Shown here: positions 9,868-18,835 of the stretch, piece by piece | Layout: each line of letters begins with the position of its first letter | How positions within the stretch are numbered: the stretch's first letter is position 1 | Source of the DNA: Bdellovibrionales bacterium | Lineage (GTDB): Bacteria > Bdellovibrionota > Bdellovibrionia > Bdellovibrionales > JAUICD01 | DNA length: 64,000 nt | Direction: 5' to 3' | NCBI GenBank assembly: GCA_965262715.1 | Contig: OZ253553.1 | Location: forward strand, 608,001-672,000 | The notes under the pieces: generated by a model | Database searches by the model: none | What the model saw: the letters and a program-made list of their open reading frames with translations, nothing else | Told to the model about the DNA's origin: nothing | Position numbers and translations under genes: made by a program

Positions 9868-11303
9868 AATGACCTCCATAGGTTTAATAAAAAATCTAAT
9901 TTGTTTTCTTTTTTAAGTTGTTTATCACGTTGTAATACTTTGATAACTTGTTTATCACCCTTTCCCACAATGTTTGAAAAGTAACAATTTTTATTACATA
10001 GAGATTCATCTTTATTTATTGTTCCAGACAAGAAATTATATTCTAGTTTTTTTAATCTTGGCCACCAATTTTCAGACAAGATAAAATGTAACATCATTAA
10101 GACCTCTAGACTGGATAGGTTTTGACTAAAAGGGAAAATATTTGCATTTCCAAAACCTCTCTTTGAATGTAAATACTCAATATATGAAGGATTATCTAAA
10201 GAACCATCAAGTTCCATAGATACGTCTGAAGTTGTATATTGTTTTCTACATAGCATGCACTTATGTCCATAAGTTACGATGTGACAACCCCATCGAGCAT
10301 CAAAAAATTTATCATGCCTTTTACTAACAGCTATTCCTCCATCAATTACAGGTATCAAATAGGCATAAGCTATATGATTTAAAACATCTCTTGCCAAGGG
10401 TTTATCTACACAACTAAAAATGATATCACAGTCTAATACTGATCTAAAGGCAGATTGTGTTTGTATAGGCTGTATAATAGCTTTTACTTTTATCTTCTCA
10501 TTCACAGAATGTTTTAATATTTTTTCTTTGAAAAAATCTGCTTTAAATTTTCCAATATCCTTTCTAGTTGCATAAAGTAGCCGATCTAAATTATGCTCTT
10601 CAATTTTATCATGATCTATTAAAATAATATTTTCGATACCTATTCTAGCCAAATTTTCACTCACAATAGAACCTACACTGCCAAGTCCTACAATACCTAT
10701 TTTCATTCTGCTAATTTTTAACTGTTCCTTTAAACTCCAAGTCTCAATAGTCCTTCGTAAAATATTTTTATTTTGAGATTGATGATATAATTGCTCATTA
10801 AAAGTAACCTTAAATTGATTTCCTACAACTTTTACTTTATCACACCAGAATCGTTTAAACTTTCTGTTTTTCTGTTTTATCCAGAATCTGGCACTCCAAC
10901 TCTCATTTGTGCCTATTGTTAAACCTACCAAAGGCTTTTTTGTACTATTTGCTGGAGGTGCTATTCGATCTCTTTCAGCAATAATATCTGTATGACTCAT
11001 ATCTTGCCATCCTTCAGTAGGATGACTATGCATAAAGGCAAGTCCTGCTTTTTTCTCTATAGCTATTCGTAATGAGCGAGCTAAAAATTCGGGAGAAAAA
11101 CTTGTATTACCATGAAGATTTCTTTCACTTCTCTTAGGAAGAATAATTTCAGAAATAAGAGCTGTTGTTTTACTTTTTCCAATGCAAGGATTCCAAATTG
11201 CAAAACAGAGTTCTTCCTGATGTTTATCCTGTTTAAAATGAGAGAGTAAATGTTCAGAAGCAATTTTGTGGGCACTTTCTGTTAAAATAACTTCATATTT
11301 CAT
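9849..11303 (-). CDS. JAB/MPN peptidase fused to ThiF/E1-like adenylation enzyme (BubCD-like)
   Basis: N-terminal QEE...MHSHP...MSHTD JAMM motif; C-terminal GLGSVGS, DHDKIEEHNLDRL, SCVD, PVIDGG, CMLC and CNKNC zinc ligands. Confidence 0.88.
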   Translation of the reverse strand: MKYEVILTESAHKIASEHLLSHFKQDKHQEELCFAIWNPCIGKSKTTALISEIILPKRSERNLHGNTSFSPEFLARSLRIAIEKKAGLAFMHSHPTEGWQDMSHTDIIAERDRIAPPANSTKKPLVGLTIGTNESWSARFWIKQKNRKFKRFWCDKVKVVGNQFKVTFNEQLYHQSQNKNILRRTIETWSLKEQLKISRMKIGIVGLGSVGSIVSENLARIGIENIILIDHDKIEEHNLDRLLYATRKDIGKFKADFFKEKILKHSVNEKIKVKAIIQPIQTQSAFRSVLDCDIIFSCVDKPLARDVLNHIAYAYLIPVIDGGIAVSKRHDKFFDARWGCHIVTYGHKCMLCRKQYTTSDVSMELDGSLDNPSYIEYLHSKRGFGNANIFPFSQNLSSLEVLMMLHFILSENWWPRLKKLEYNFLSGTINKDESLCNKNCYFSNIVGKGDKQVIKVLQRDKQLKKENKLDFLLNLWRSLWSSTV

Positions 11304-11722
11304 AAGTTTTCCCAGAATCGTCTCAAATGCGATTCAAAAAAAATAAACAGATTTTTTTTTGAACTGTCTAAATCATCCCATATATCTTGAGGTGGCCTAC
11401 TCAACACTATCCAAGTTTCTTCTTCAATTATATATTTCTCATATATTTTACCTATCTTGCCTATGATCTCTTCATTAAACTCTTTTTTTTTGAGGTGTAT
11501 AAAGTGAGGAGGTAATCTAGGATAATCATTTGGAGGAAGTTCTATTCCAATAATAATTTTTTTCCTCTTTAAAGAGCCACAAGGAATAAGGTATTTGAAT
11601 AGGCACAATTGCCCCTCCCTTTTTGATTGAAGAGGTAGATTTAGCATATTTTTTATATCTTGTAGATTACAAGAAGGAATATTTTTTATTTCTATTTGAA
11701 TTTGTTGTTTTAAACTTTCCAT
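11300..11722 (-). CDS. Prokaryotic E2/UBC-fold protein with Ser at the putative catalytic position (BubB-like)
   Basis: IELPPNDYPRLPPHFIHL and WIVLSRPP..W motifs; lies between Ubl and E1 genes with ATGA overlap to E1. Confidence 0.7.
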   Translation of the reverse strand: MESLKQQIQIEIKNIPSCNLQDIKNMLNLPLQSKREGQLCLFKYLIPCGSLKRKKIIIGIELPPNDYPRLPPHFIHLKKKEFNEEIIGKIGKIYEKYIIEEETWIVLSRPPQDIWDDLDSSKKNLFIFFESHLRRFWENL

Positions 11723-11725
11723 TAA

Positions 11726-12196
11726 TTATGCCACAGGAGTCGGTCCAGAAGAAAGTGCCAAAAATTCATCCCCATTTTCAATTAATACTTTTTCATTTAA
11801 ATCTTTATAGTCCATGTTTGTTTTAGCATTAAATAATTTAAATTTTTCTACAGGTATAAATTCTGCCTTTTCAAGTATCTGTGCCACTGTTTGTTCATTA
11901 TTTGTAGCTAGAATTTCTTGATCTTCTCCATTAACAGTATAGTGAATTCTTAATTCTTGAGACTTGTAGTGAATAGTAAATTCATCTCCACTTTTAACTT
12001 CAATCTTTTGATGTAAGTGTTGTTCTATTCCGTTCCATACTTCTTCTTTTTCCCCACCTTGAATTCTAAAAATAATATAGACATTATAAGGTTCTTGTTT
12101 TTTCCCAATTTCTAAAATGTCTTTGGGTGTTATAAAAGGTTTTGACCATGGTTTTTCATGGTTGTCTATTTTTATATATATATCAGATATAGTCAT
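11726..12196 (-). CDS. Multi-ubiquitin (two beta-grasp domain) protein (BubA-like)
   Basis: Two related halves: IYIKIDN...ITPKDILE...IEVKSGDEF and IHYTVNG...TVAQILE...VLIENGDEF; tail SSGPTPVA; first gene of the E2/E1 operon. Confidence 0.75.
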   Translation of the reverse strand: MTISDIYIKIDNHEKPWSKPFITPKDILEIGKKQEPYNVYIIFRIQGGEKEEVWNGIEQHLHQKIEVKSGDEFTIHYKSQELRIHYTVNGEDQEILATNNEQTVAQILEKAEFIPVEKFKLFNAKTNMDYKDLNEKVLIENGDEFLALSSGPTPVA

Positions 12197-12441
12197 AATG
12201 AAAACATCCTTTTATAGGGTTAATTTGTCAAAGTAATTTGATTCTTAATGGTCAAATAACTAGAAGCGGTCTCAAAAATAAAAGTTTAATAAGTATTGCC
12301 AGAAATTCATAACTTTATCTAACTATAATATATCTCTGTGTTCACCTTCGTCTATAAACGTTTGTACCTATTACCTCTAGCTTCTTATATAAAAGAGCTG
12401 TCTTCCTCAAAATGAATCACGCCGCTGGCGTGCTTTCTGGC

Positions 12442-12474
12442 ACTGATCCGATGGTGAAAAACCATCGGATCAGT
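12442..12474. other. Perfect 14-bp stem hairpin at island edge
   Basis: ACTGATCCGATGGT-GAAAA-ACCATCGGATCAGT. Confidence 0.7.
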
Positions 12475-12831
12475 ACCTAGAAAGCCTATTCATTTTGAGT
12501 ACAAGCCATCTCATGAGTTGTTTTGTATAATGCAAAACTGGTATCTTTTTTAAAACTTTTCTCTCTAGGAGCATTTTTGAGATGGCTTTTAGCAAATAAG
12601 TTACCTAATATACCAATAGAGTCACAAATTGTTTTGGGCAACCCATTATAGATAATAGCATATCTGTTATATAATAACAAATCATAATAGATGGTGGCAT
12701 ATTTATCATTTTTGGGTATCAAGCAGAAAAAATGTTTATTTTAGAAACTTAAGCTTCTTCTAACACAAATAAAGAATAATCTACAAACCCTTCCCTATGG
12801 TTTTGCTGAACCTGTCAATAAGAGATGAAGA

Positions 12832-13413
12832 TTACTTTAAGCTATAGGGACTTTTCTGTGGAGATGTGACGATGTCTTCAATGATTTTACGGAACTCTTT
12901 ATACGAATCATCAAAATTATCGTTAACAATTTGATATTTATATTGATCTGCTAACTGCATTTCCTTTTCTGCATTTTTTAACCTCAATTCTAGAGAATCT
13001 GTCTTATCATCCCTTTTTTGCAATCTTTTTTTAAGTTCATCAATAGAAGGAGGTAAAATAAAGATAGTGTGTGCAAAAGGATAGTGCTTTCTAAGTTGAC
13101 TCGCTCCCTGCACATCAATATCCATAATGATCGTCTGACCCTTTTTCCAAGCGTTATTCAATTGCTCTTTTGAAGTGCCGTAATAATGGGAGTGCACCTT
13201 AGCCCACTCTGCAAAAAAATCTTTTTCAATCAAATTAAGAAATTCCTTTTCTGTGACAAAAAAATAATGATCGCCATTAGCTTCATTCGGACGAGGAATC
13301 CGTGTTGTATAACTAATACTATGAACAAGCGTTGGAAACTCGCTGAGAGCCTTATTACAAAAACTGGATTTGCCAGCTCCGCTTGGAGCTGAGACGATAA
13401 TTAAAGAGGTCAT
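12832..13413 (-). CDS. gmk: Guanylate kinase
   Basis: SAPSGAGKS, SISYTTRIPRPNE, EWAKVHSHYYGTS, DIDVQGA. Confidence 0.97.
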   Translation of the reverse strand: MTSLIIVSAPSGAGKSSFCNKALSEFPTLVHSISYTTRIPRPNEANGDHYFFVTEKEFLNLIEKDFFAEWAKVHSHYYGTSKEQLNNAWKKGQTIIMDIDVQGASQLRKHYPFAHTIFILPPSIDELKKRLQKRDDKTDSLELRLKNAEKEMQLADQYKYQIVNDNFDDSYKEFRKIIEDIVTSPQKSPYSLK

Positions 13414-14306
13414 TCTATATTTTGTACTTGTTCTTTTATCTTTTCAATAAGAGATTTTGATTCCACAACCAAACGACAAGTTTTAATATGAGAAGACTTC
13501 ATTGCAATGGTATTAACTTCCCTAAACATTTCCTGTGTATAAAAGTCGAGTTTCTTACCTTTTACTTCTTTACCAGTCTTGAGAGGACTTATTAGTTCTT
13601 TCTGAAAAGCATTAATATGCTCTTTAAGTCTTACAACTTCCTCTGTGATATCATACTTATTTATTTGAGAAAACATCTCTGCTGTCCATCTTTTTGGATC
13701 TGATTCATAAGAAAGAGACATTGACTTCAGTTTATCTTTAAGTCGTTTTTGTAAACTTTTTGGAGTTTGTTTTTCTAAAATTTCAATTGATTTTATACTC
13801 TTACTTAATAGAGATATAAGTGCTTTTAATTCTTTCAAAAGTGCTTTGCCTTCACGCTTTCTTTCAATATCTAGGGCAAGAAGTGCTTTATTGAAAGTTG
13901 CTAAAAACAGTTTTTTTTCATTGGGACGTATAGCAAGTTTTTGTGTGATCAAATGCTGAAAAGAGGATATATCTAAAGTCAATTTATTGCCTTCAGGTAA
14001 AGAAAGAATACGAGATATTTGCTGATAAGTTTCTGCCCATTTTCTGACTAAGGTTGGGTGAGTGGTCACTTCAATTAAGGCGGATTGAGGAGGTAGCTCG
14101 CAAGTGATATAGATATTTAAAGTTCCTCTTTGAATACACTCTTTGATCTTTTGTGTGATCTCTTTTTCAAATAGTTGGTATTCTTTAGGTAGGCTTTGTA
14201 GGTTTATACTTAAAAACCTTCCATTGTAAGCTTTTAAATGGATCTCTAATTCAATGTTTTTATTTGCAACCTTTGCAAGGCCAAAACCTGTCATACTCTT
14301 TATCAT
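13410..14306 (-). CDS. yicC: YicC/YloC family endoribonuclease
   Basis: MIKSMTGFG N-terminus, DITEEVVRL, GKKLDFYTQEMFREVNTI, EKIKEQVQNIE; upstream of gmk. Confidence 0.95.
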   Translation of the reverse strand: MIKSMTGFGLAKVANKNIELEIHLKAYNGRFLSINLQSLPKEYQLFEKEITQKIKECIQRGTLNIYITCELPPQSALIEVTTHPTLVRKWAETYQQISRILSLPEGNKLTLDISSFQHLITQKLAIRPNEKKLFLATFNKALLALDIERKREGKALLKELKALISLLSKSIKSIEILEKQTPKSLQKRLKDKLKSMSLSYESDPKRWTAEMFSQINKYDITEEVVRLKEHINAFQKELISPLKTGKEVKGKKLDFYTQEMFREVNTIAMKSSHIKTCRLVVESKSLIEKIKEQVQNIE

Positions 14307-14315
14307 AGTTCACCT

Positions 14316-15338
14316 TTATTGTTTAAGAGCCTCTCTAATATAAGTAGAGGCTGTATCTAAACTCCATACAGCAATGACAATCAATACTGTCAAACAGCCC
14401 ACTTCTCTCCAAAGTCCTAAACCTACAGATTGGACCAGCAAAGTGCCAATACCTCCACCTCCCATAATTCCAACAAGAGTGGCCATTCTTACATTGATAT
14501 CCCAACGGTAAATTGTAAAAGAAATATAAGGAAGTAACACTTGAGGAAGTATAGCAAACCAGATCACCTGAAGAGGCTTAGCACCAGTAGATCTAATTCC
14601 CTCTATAGGTCCTTCTTCAACACACTCGATCAATTCACTGTACAGTTTAGCAAGAGCGGCAATAGAATGAATCATTAAACCCAGCATACCGGCAAAAGGG
14701 CCAATGCCCACCCAAACTGTAAAAATAATTGCCCAAATTAAAGGTTCAATAGATCTTGTGATATTGAATATAGTTCTTAAACTGATATAAATCAAAAATC
14801 CAATCACACTAGAACCCATAATATTTTTTGCGCATAAAAAACTAACTACAAAAGCTAGAGGAACAGCAAGTAGAGTTGCCATAAAAGCAATGAAAATAGT
14901 TTCTAAAATCGCCTTAATACCTTCAGGCAAAATAACCCAATCAGGATTTAAAAGCGCAAGGGCAATTCTCTTCATTCCCAACATGCCATCAATATCTGTC
15001 AGTTCATAAAAGCTGATCTGAGACATATAACAACCCACTGTAAATGTAGTGACAAATAAAATAACTAAATGGATCTGCCAAAATTTTTTACGTAGTGATG
15101 TATCAGTTAATTGGGCTTTTCTGGATAAAGGGTCAAAAATCACTCTTCCTAAAGATAAGATGCCAAAATGAGATAAAAAGTAACTGATAATAAATCCTAG
15201 AATAAGAGCAATGGCAAGAAATAGAAACATCTGACGTAATTGCGAATAGATTTCATCTGATGGCTGAGAAATAACAATCAGAGCAATGATAAAAAGATAA
15301 CCAAATGAGATACTATCAAAAATTTTTACTTTGAGCAT
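14316..15338 (-). CDS. phnE: Phosphonate/phosphite ABC transporter permease
   Basis: RSIEPLIWAIIF, GIGPFAG, AKLYSELIE, YRWDINVRMATLVGIMGGGGIG. Confidence 0.92.
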   Translation of the reverse strand: MLKVKIFDSISFGYLFIIALIVISQPSDEIYSQLRQMFLFLAIALILGFIISYFLSHFGILSLGRVIFDPLSRKAQLTDTSLRKKFWQIHLVILFVTTFTVGCYMSQISFYELTDIDGMLGMKRIALALLNPDWVILPEGIKAILETIFIAFMATLLAVPLAFVVSFLCAKNIMGSSVIGFLIYISLRTIFNITRSIEPLIWAIIFTVWVGIGPFAGMLGLMIHSIAALAKLYSELIECVEEGPIEGIRSTGAKPLQVIWFAILPQVLLPYISFTIYRWDINVRMATLVGIMGGGGIGTLLVQSVGLGLWREVGCLTVLIVIAVWSLDTASTYIREALKQ

Positions 15339-16100
15339 TTAGTAAATATTCACTTCTTTAGCATTATTGCCATATATCTTTTTAAACCATGGTGGACCAA
15401 TATTGGGGCCTCCATCATAAATAACTTTTCCTTCTGCAAGGGCAATAACACGCATAGCATATTGCCTGACTAAACTCAAAACGTGTAAATTACAAATAAT
15501 TGTGATACCAAACTGCTTATTTATTTTCTCTAAGTAATCCATAATTGTATGACTCATTGCTGGATCAAGGCTTGCCAGAGGTTCATCTGCTAAGAGGACT
15601 TCAGGGCTTTGCATTAAGGACCTTGCAATAGCCACACGTTGTTGTTGGCCTCCAGATAATTCATTGACTCTCTCTGAGGCTTTACCAGCTATACCTAAAA
15701 TATTCAAGTACTCTAAAGCCCGATCTTTATCTTCTTTAGAAAATAAACCAAGAATACTATTGATACTAGTAATTTGAGAAAGGCACCCCATCATGACATT
15801 ACTAAGCACTGTATGGCCAGAAATCAAATTAAAATGTTGAAAAATCATTGCTATTTTTTGACGTAATAACCTTGCTGACTCATTTTTTAAATGGGTTATA
15901 TCTTTATCTTTAAAGATAATCTTTCCACTTGTTGACTCCTGAAGATGATTGATGCACTTTAAAACTGTTGATTTTCCAGATCCACTCAATCCTATAATAA
16001 CCAGAAGCTCCCCTTTATGAACATCAAAAGAGACATCTTTGAGGGCGTGTGTCCCGTTAGGATAGATCTTATTAAGCTTTTTTATAGATAAAATAGGCAT
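15339..16100 (-). CDS. phnC: Phosphonate ABC transporter ATP-binding protein
   Basis: GLSGSGKS, LSGGQQQRVAIAR, LADEPLASLDP, CNLH. Confidence 0.93.
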   Translation of the reverse strand: MPILSIKKLNKIYPNGTHALKDVSFDVHKGELLVIIGLSGSGKSTVLKCINHLQESTSGKIIFKDKDITHLKNESARLLRQKIAMIFQHFNLISGHTVLSNVMMGCLSQITSINSILGLFSKEDKDRALEYLNILGIAGKASERVNELSGGQQQRVAIARSLMQSPEVLLADEPLASLDPAMSHTIMDYLEKINKQFGITIICNLHVLSLVRQYAMRVIALAEGKVIYDGGPNIGPPWFKKIYGNNAKEVNIY

Positions 16101-16112
16101 TTGTTTTTACTT

Positions 16113-17042
16113 TCAGATGAAGTCTTCAGGTGACTTATTAAGTGTTTTTAACATCTTTCTTACATCATCATAGGTGCTATCAGAACATTTGACTAAACCA
16201 GTAGCTCTTACAAGTTCATGAAATATCTTTTTACCTTCTTTTGTAGACATATAGGATAAGAGACCATTGATAGTATCTTCTTTTAGCTTTTGAGGCATAC
16301 CTGCGCGAAAAACAATAGGATCATTTGGAACGTGATCTGTAAGGCTTATAATTTTAACCCGCTTTTCTATATCTGTGTATTGAGTTTGAACTAATAAACG
16401 TGCATCTTGCATTTTACCATTATGAGGTGGGGAGTGCCAGGTGGCACCTGCATCTACTTGTCCGTTGTACACCATGGTTACAACATTATCGTGTCTTTGA
16501 GCAAAAATTGTTTCTTTGGGTTTGATTTTGTTGTCAGTAAGAAGTTTTTCAGGCATTAAATATCCCGACAGGGACATAGGATCGACATAAGCAAACTTTT
16601 TGCCTTCAATATCAGCCAGTGATTTTATCGGTCCATCAGCCCTTGCAATAATTTGTGACTGATAAGTGATTGATCCATGTCTTTGGACAATAAGACGTGC
16701 CTCTGTTTTAAAACGATTATTAGCTAAGATATATCCAGGAGCATTAAGGGTAGCTACATCAGCTCTCTTTGCGCCAAGAGCTTCTACTACAGCAATATAA
16801 CTGGTAGGAACAGAAAATCTATACTTATAAGGTGTTTCAGCTTCTAGGTAGCGTTTAATAAAAGCAGCTGTGCTGGCTAGCACTCTCACATCTGCAGAAG
16901 GAAGCAGTATAAATTTAATAGGGTTTTCTTTTGACCCTAAAGGAGGTCTTTGTTGTCTAGTGCATCCCTCTAGTAAAAATAAAAAAGCAAGTAAAACCCC
17001 AACAAAAACACAAAGATTTTTTTTATTCTGAAAGTATGTCAT
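16113..17042 (-). CDS. phnD: Phosphate/phosphite/phosphonate ABC substrate-binding lipoprotein
   Basis: Lipobox LEGC; FAYVDPMSLSGYL, HDNVVTMVYNGQVDAGA, VPNDP. Confidence 0.9.
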   Translation of the reverse strand: MTYFQNKKNLCVFVGVLLAFLFLLEGCTRQQRPPLGSKENPIKFILLPSADVRVLASTAAFIKRYLEAETPYKYRFSVPTSYIAVVEALGAKRADVATLNAPGYILANNRFKTEARLIVQRHGSITYQSQIIARADGPIKSLADIEGKKFAYVDPMSLSGYLMPEKLLTDNKIKPKETIFAQRHDNVVTMVYNGQVDAGATWHSPPHNGKMQDARLLVQTQYTDIEKRVKIISLTDHVPNDPIVFRAGMPQKLKEDTINGLLSYMSTKEGKKIFHELVRATGLVKCSDSTYDDVRKMLKTLNKSPEDFI

Positions 17043-17364
17043 ATAAGATTCCTATTTTTGCTGACATGTGTGGTTGGCAATAACTCCTAAGATAAAATGG
17101 CTTAAGCTTTACTACTAAATATATCTATTAAGAAATGTGTGTCCTGTTGATAGTGCCCCTTCATATATATAACATATTTAATAATTATCAAACCCTATCT
17201 TTCTCTATTGTTTTATTTGTCACAATTCAATAAATAATGCCAAGCAAAAAAGTATTCCACTCAAGATATATTTATATGATTTTTCGTGGAGGTTTTGCTG
17301 AGTTCTTAAGGTTTTCTTCTATGCGTAGTTAAATAGCTAGAACTTAAGGTGAATTTAAGATCAC

Positions 17365-18711
17365 TCAATTGCGGTTTCTTTGCTTTGGTGGGGATATGAG
17401 TGGGTAAAAGTCAGAAGGGGTTAAAGCCTCAGCTTGTATATGTGTGGAAGCAAAAAACGCTAAGCTTTGACTTCTATCTAAGCCACCGTGGAGGCTTTTG
17501 ATACGGCCTTTTAACTTTGAAACAAGTTTAAGAAGAGGGTTTGCAAAAGCATAATCTTTATAAGTACTTACAAGCACAGAAGGGGACTGTTGGGCGTTTT
17601 TATAAAATCCTTCCCAAAGAGAGATAACTGCATAAGGGTACTGATTATTTAAGCTAAGATAGAAATATTCTTTCCAAGTCAGTGTTTTTGACTTTTGAAA
17701 ATACTTTAAATGTCCCAAAGGATCATGACCTGATATTAAAGAATACTGCAGAGTTTTTGAACCCTCATCTATCTGTATTTTAATATGCCCTTGGGTTTGA
17801 TGATGAGAAGACATTGAAGAGAAGATTTCTATTTCAGAACGGTTTTGAGAAAAGGCGGACAAATGCACTCCTTCTAATTGAGTCACATCTTTTGCTAAGG
17901 CTTTACGTTGAGAATCTTGACAATACAAGGCAGCAAAAGACAGAATTTCTGGTACGTGTAGGACAATATCTTTTAAATCTTTAAGATGATTTGAGAGGTT
18001 CCAGCCTTTCTCTGTCATTTTTTTATAATTGATAAATTTAGGTTTAACGTAAACATTTCCATGATCAGAAAATAAAGTGATTTTTAAAGGTTTTTTATGT
18101 TTTTTCATGATTTGTTTTTGAATTTGCAGCAGAGTTTGGTCTAAATGTTTGAGTAAATCCAGAATAAAACTTTCTCCTTTAAGATGTGCGAGGTAATCAG
18201 GAACAGAAAAATAAACTGCATAGAATTTTTGATCTTTTTTTAAAAAGTCCCTTTGAAAAATATCTACAAAATGCCGACTTGCAGTAAAACTCCATCCTAT
18301 AATAAATAATCTTTCTAAGGCAGTTTGAGGAATAAAATCAAAAAAATCATGCCATGAAAATTCTTGCACAGCTTTTAAGAGGTGACCTTTTATACGGCCT
18401 TTTCCATCAGCATAAGACTCACTCAAATCAAAATACTTATCAGTAGTAAAATCCTTAGTTACAGGTATTCGTAGTAGGCGGTTCCAATTAGGGCCAGAAA
18501 TTGTAGGAAAAGTGGATACCAGAGGCGCAAGAGTTACAAACTCTCTAAAGTATCCTCCCTTATACATCTTCTGAAAGGTTTGAAAGCCTATTCCATCTAA
18601 AGCAATTAACAAATGGCCAGATGTGTCATCTTCAGATTGAGATATAGGATTAGAGGCAAAAAGAGATAGGGAAAATATTGTTATAAAAAAGAGAATGAAT
18701 AGTGGTCTCAC
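17365..18711 (-). CDS. Secreted alkaline phosphatase/phosphodiesterase superfamily protein
   Basis: Signal peptide; IALDG, STFPTIS, DYLAH, FSDHG, SLHGGL metal-binding motifs. Confidence 0.8.
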   Translation of the reverse strand: MRPLFILFFITIFSLSLFASNPISQSEDDTSGHLLIALDGIGFQTFQKMYKGGYFREFVTLAPLVSTFPTISGPNWNRLLRIPVTKDFTTDKYFDLSESYADGKGRIKGHLLKAVQEFSWHDFFDFIPQTALERLFIIGWSFTASRHFVDIFQRDFLKKDQKFYAVYFSVPDYLAHLKGESFILDLLKHLDQTLLQIQKQIMKKHKKPLKITLFSDHGNVYVKPKFINYKKMTEKGWNLSNHLKDLKDIVLHVPEILSFAALYCQDSQRKALAKDVTQLEGVHLSAFSQNRSEIEIFSSMSSHHQTQGHIKIQIDEGSKTLQYSLISGHDPLGHLKYFQKSKTLTWKEYFYLSLNNQYPYAVISLWEGFYKNAQQSPSVLVSTYKDYAFANPLLKLVSKLKGRIKSLHGGLDRSQSLAFFASTHIQAEALTPSDFYPLISPPKQRNRN

Positions 18712-18835
18712 AATTTTTAGCTCCGCTTTTTGACAGACAAGTCCTTACTCACAGCTAACTTGTTTATCCGTAAGCTAACATATTTTATAATAAAGTATAC
18801 TTTTTAATGACATATTTTAAGTGAAATAAAATTGT

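Noticed and set aside
8584..12196. CBASS type II (Cap2/Cap3) assignment for the E1/E2/JAB genes
   Set aside because: No CD-NTase; the E2 is separate, JAB is fused to E1, and a dedicated Ubl is present.
12486..12722. 78-aa ORF as rpoZ or another real gene
   Set aside because: No recognisable motif or RBS, TTG start, and no resemblance to the omega subunit.
14316..17042. Phosphonate catabolism (C-P lyase) cluster
   Set aside because: Only the transporter genes are present; no phnG-M or ptxD in the window.
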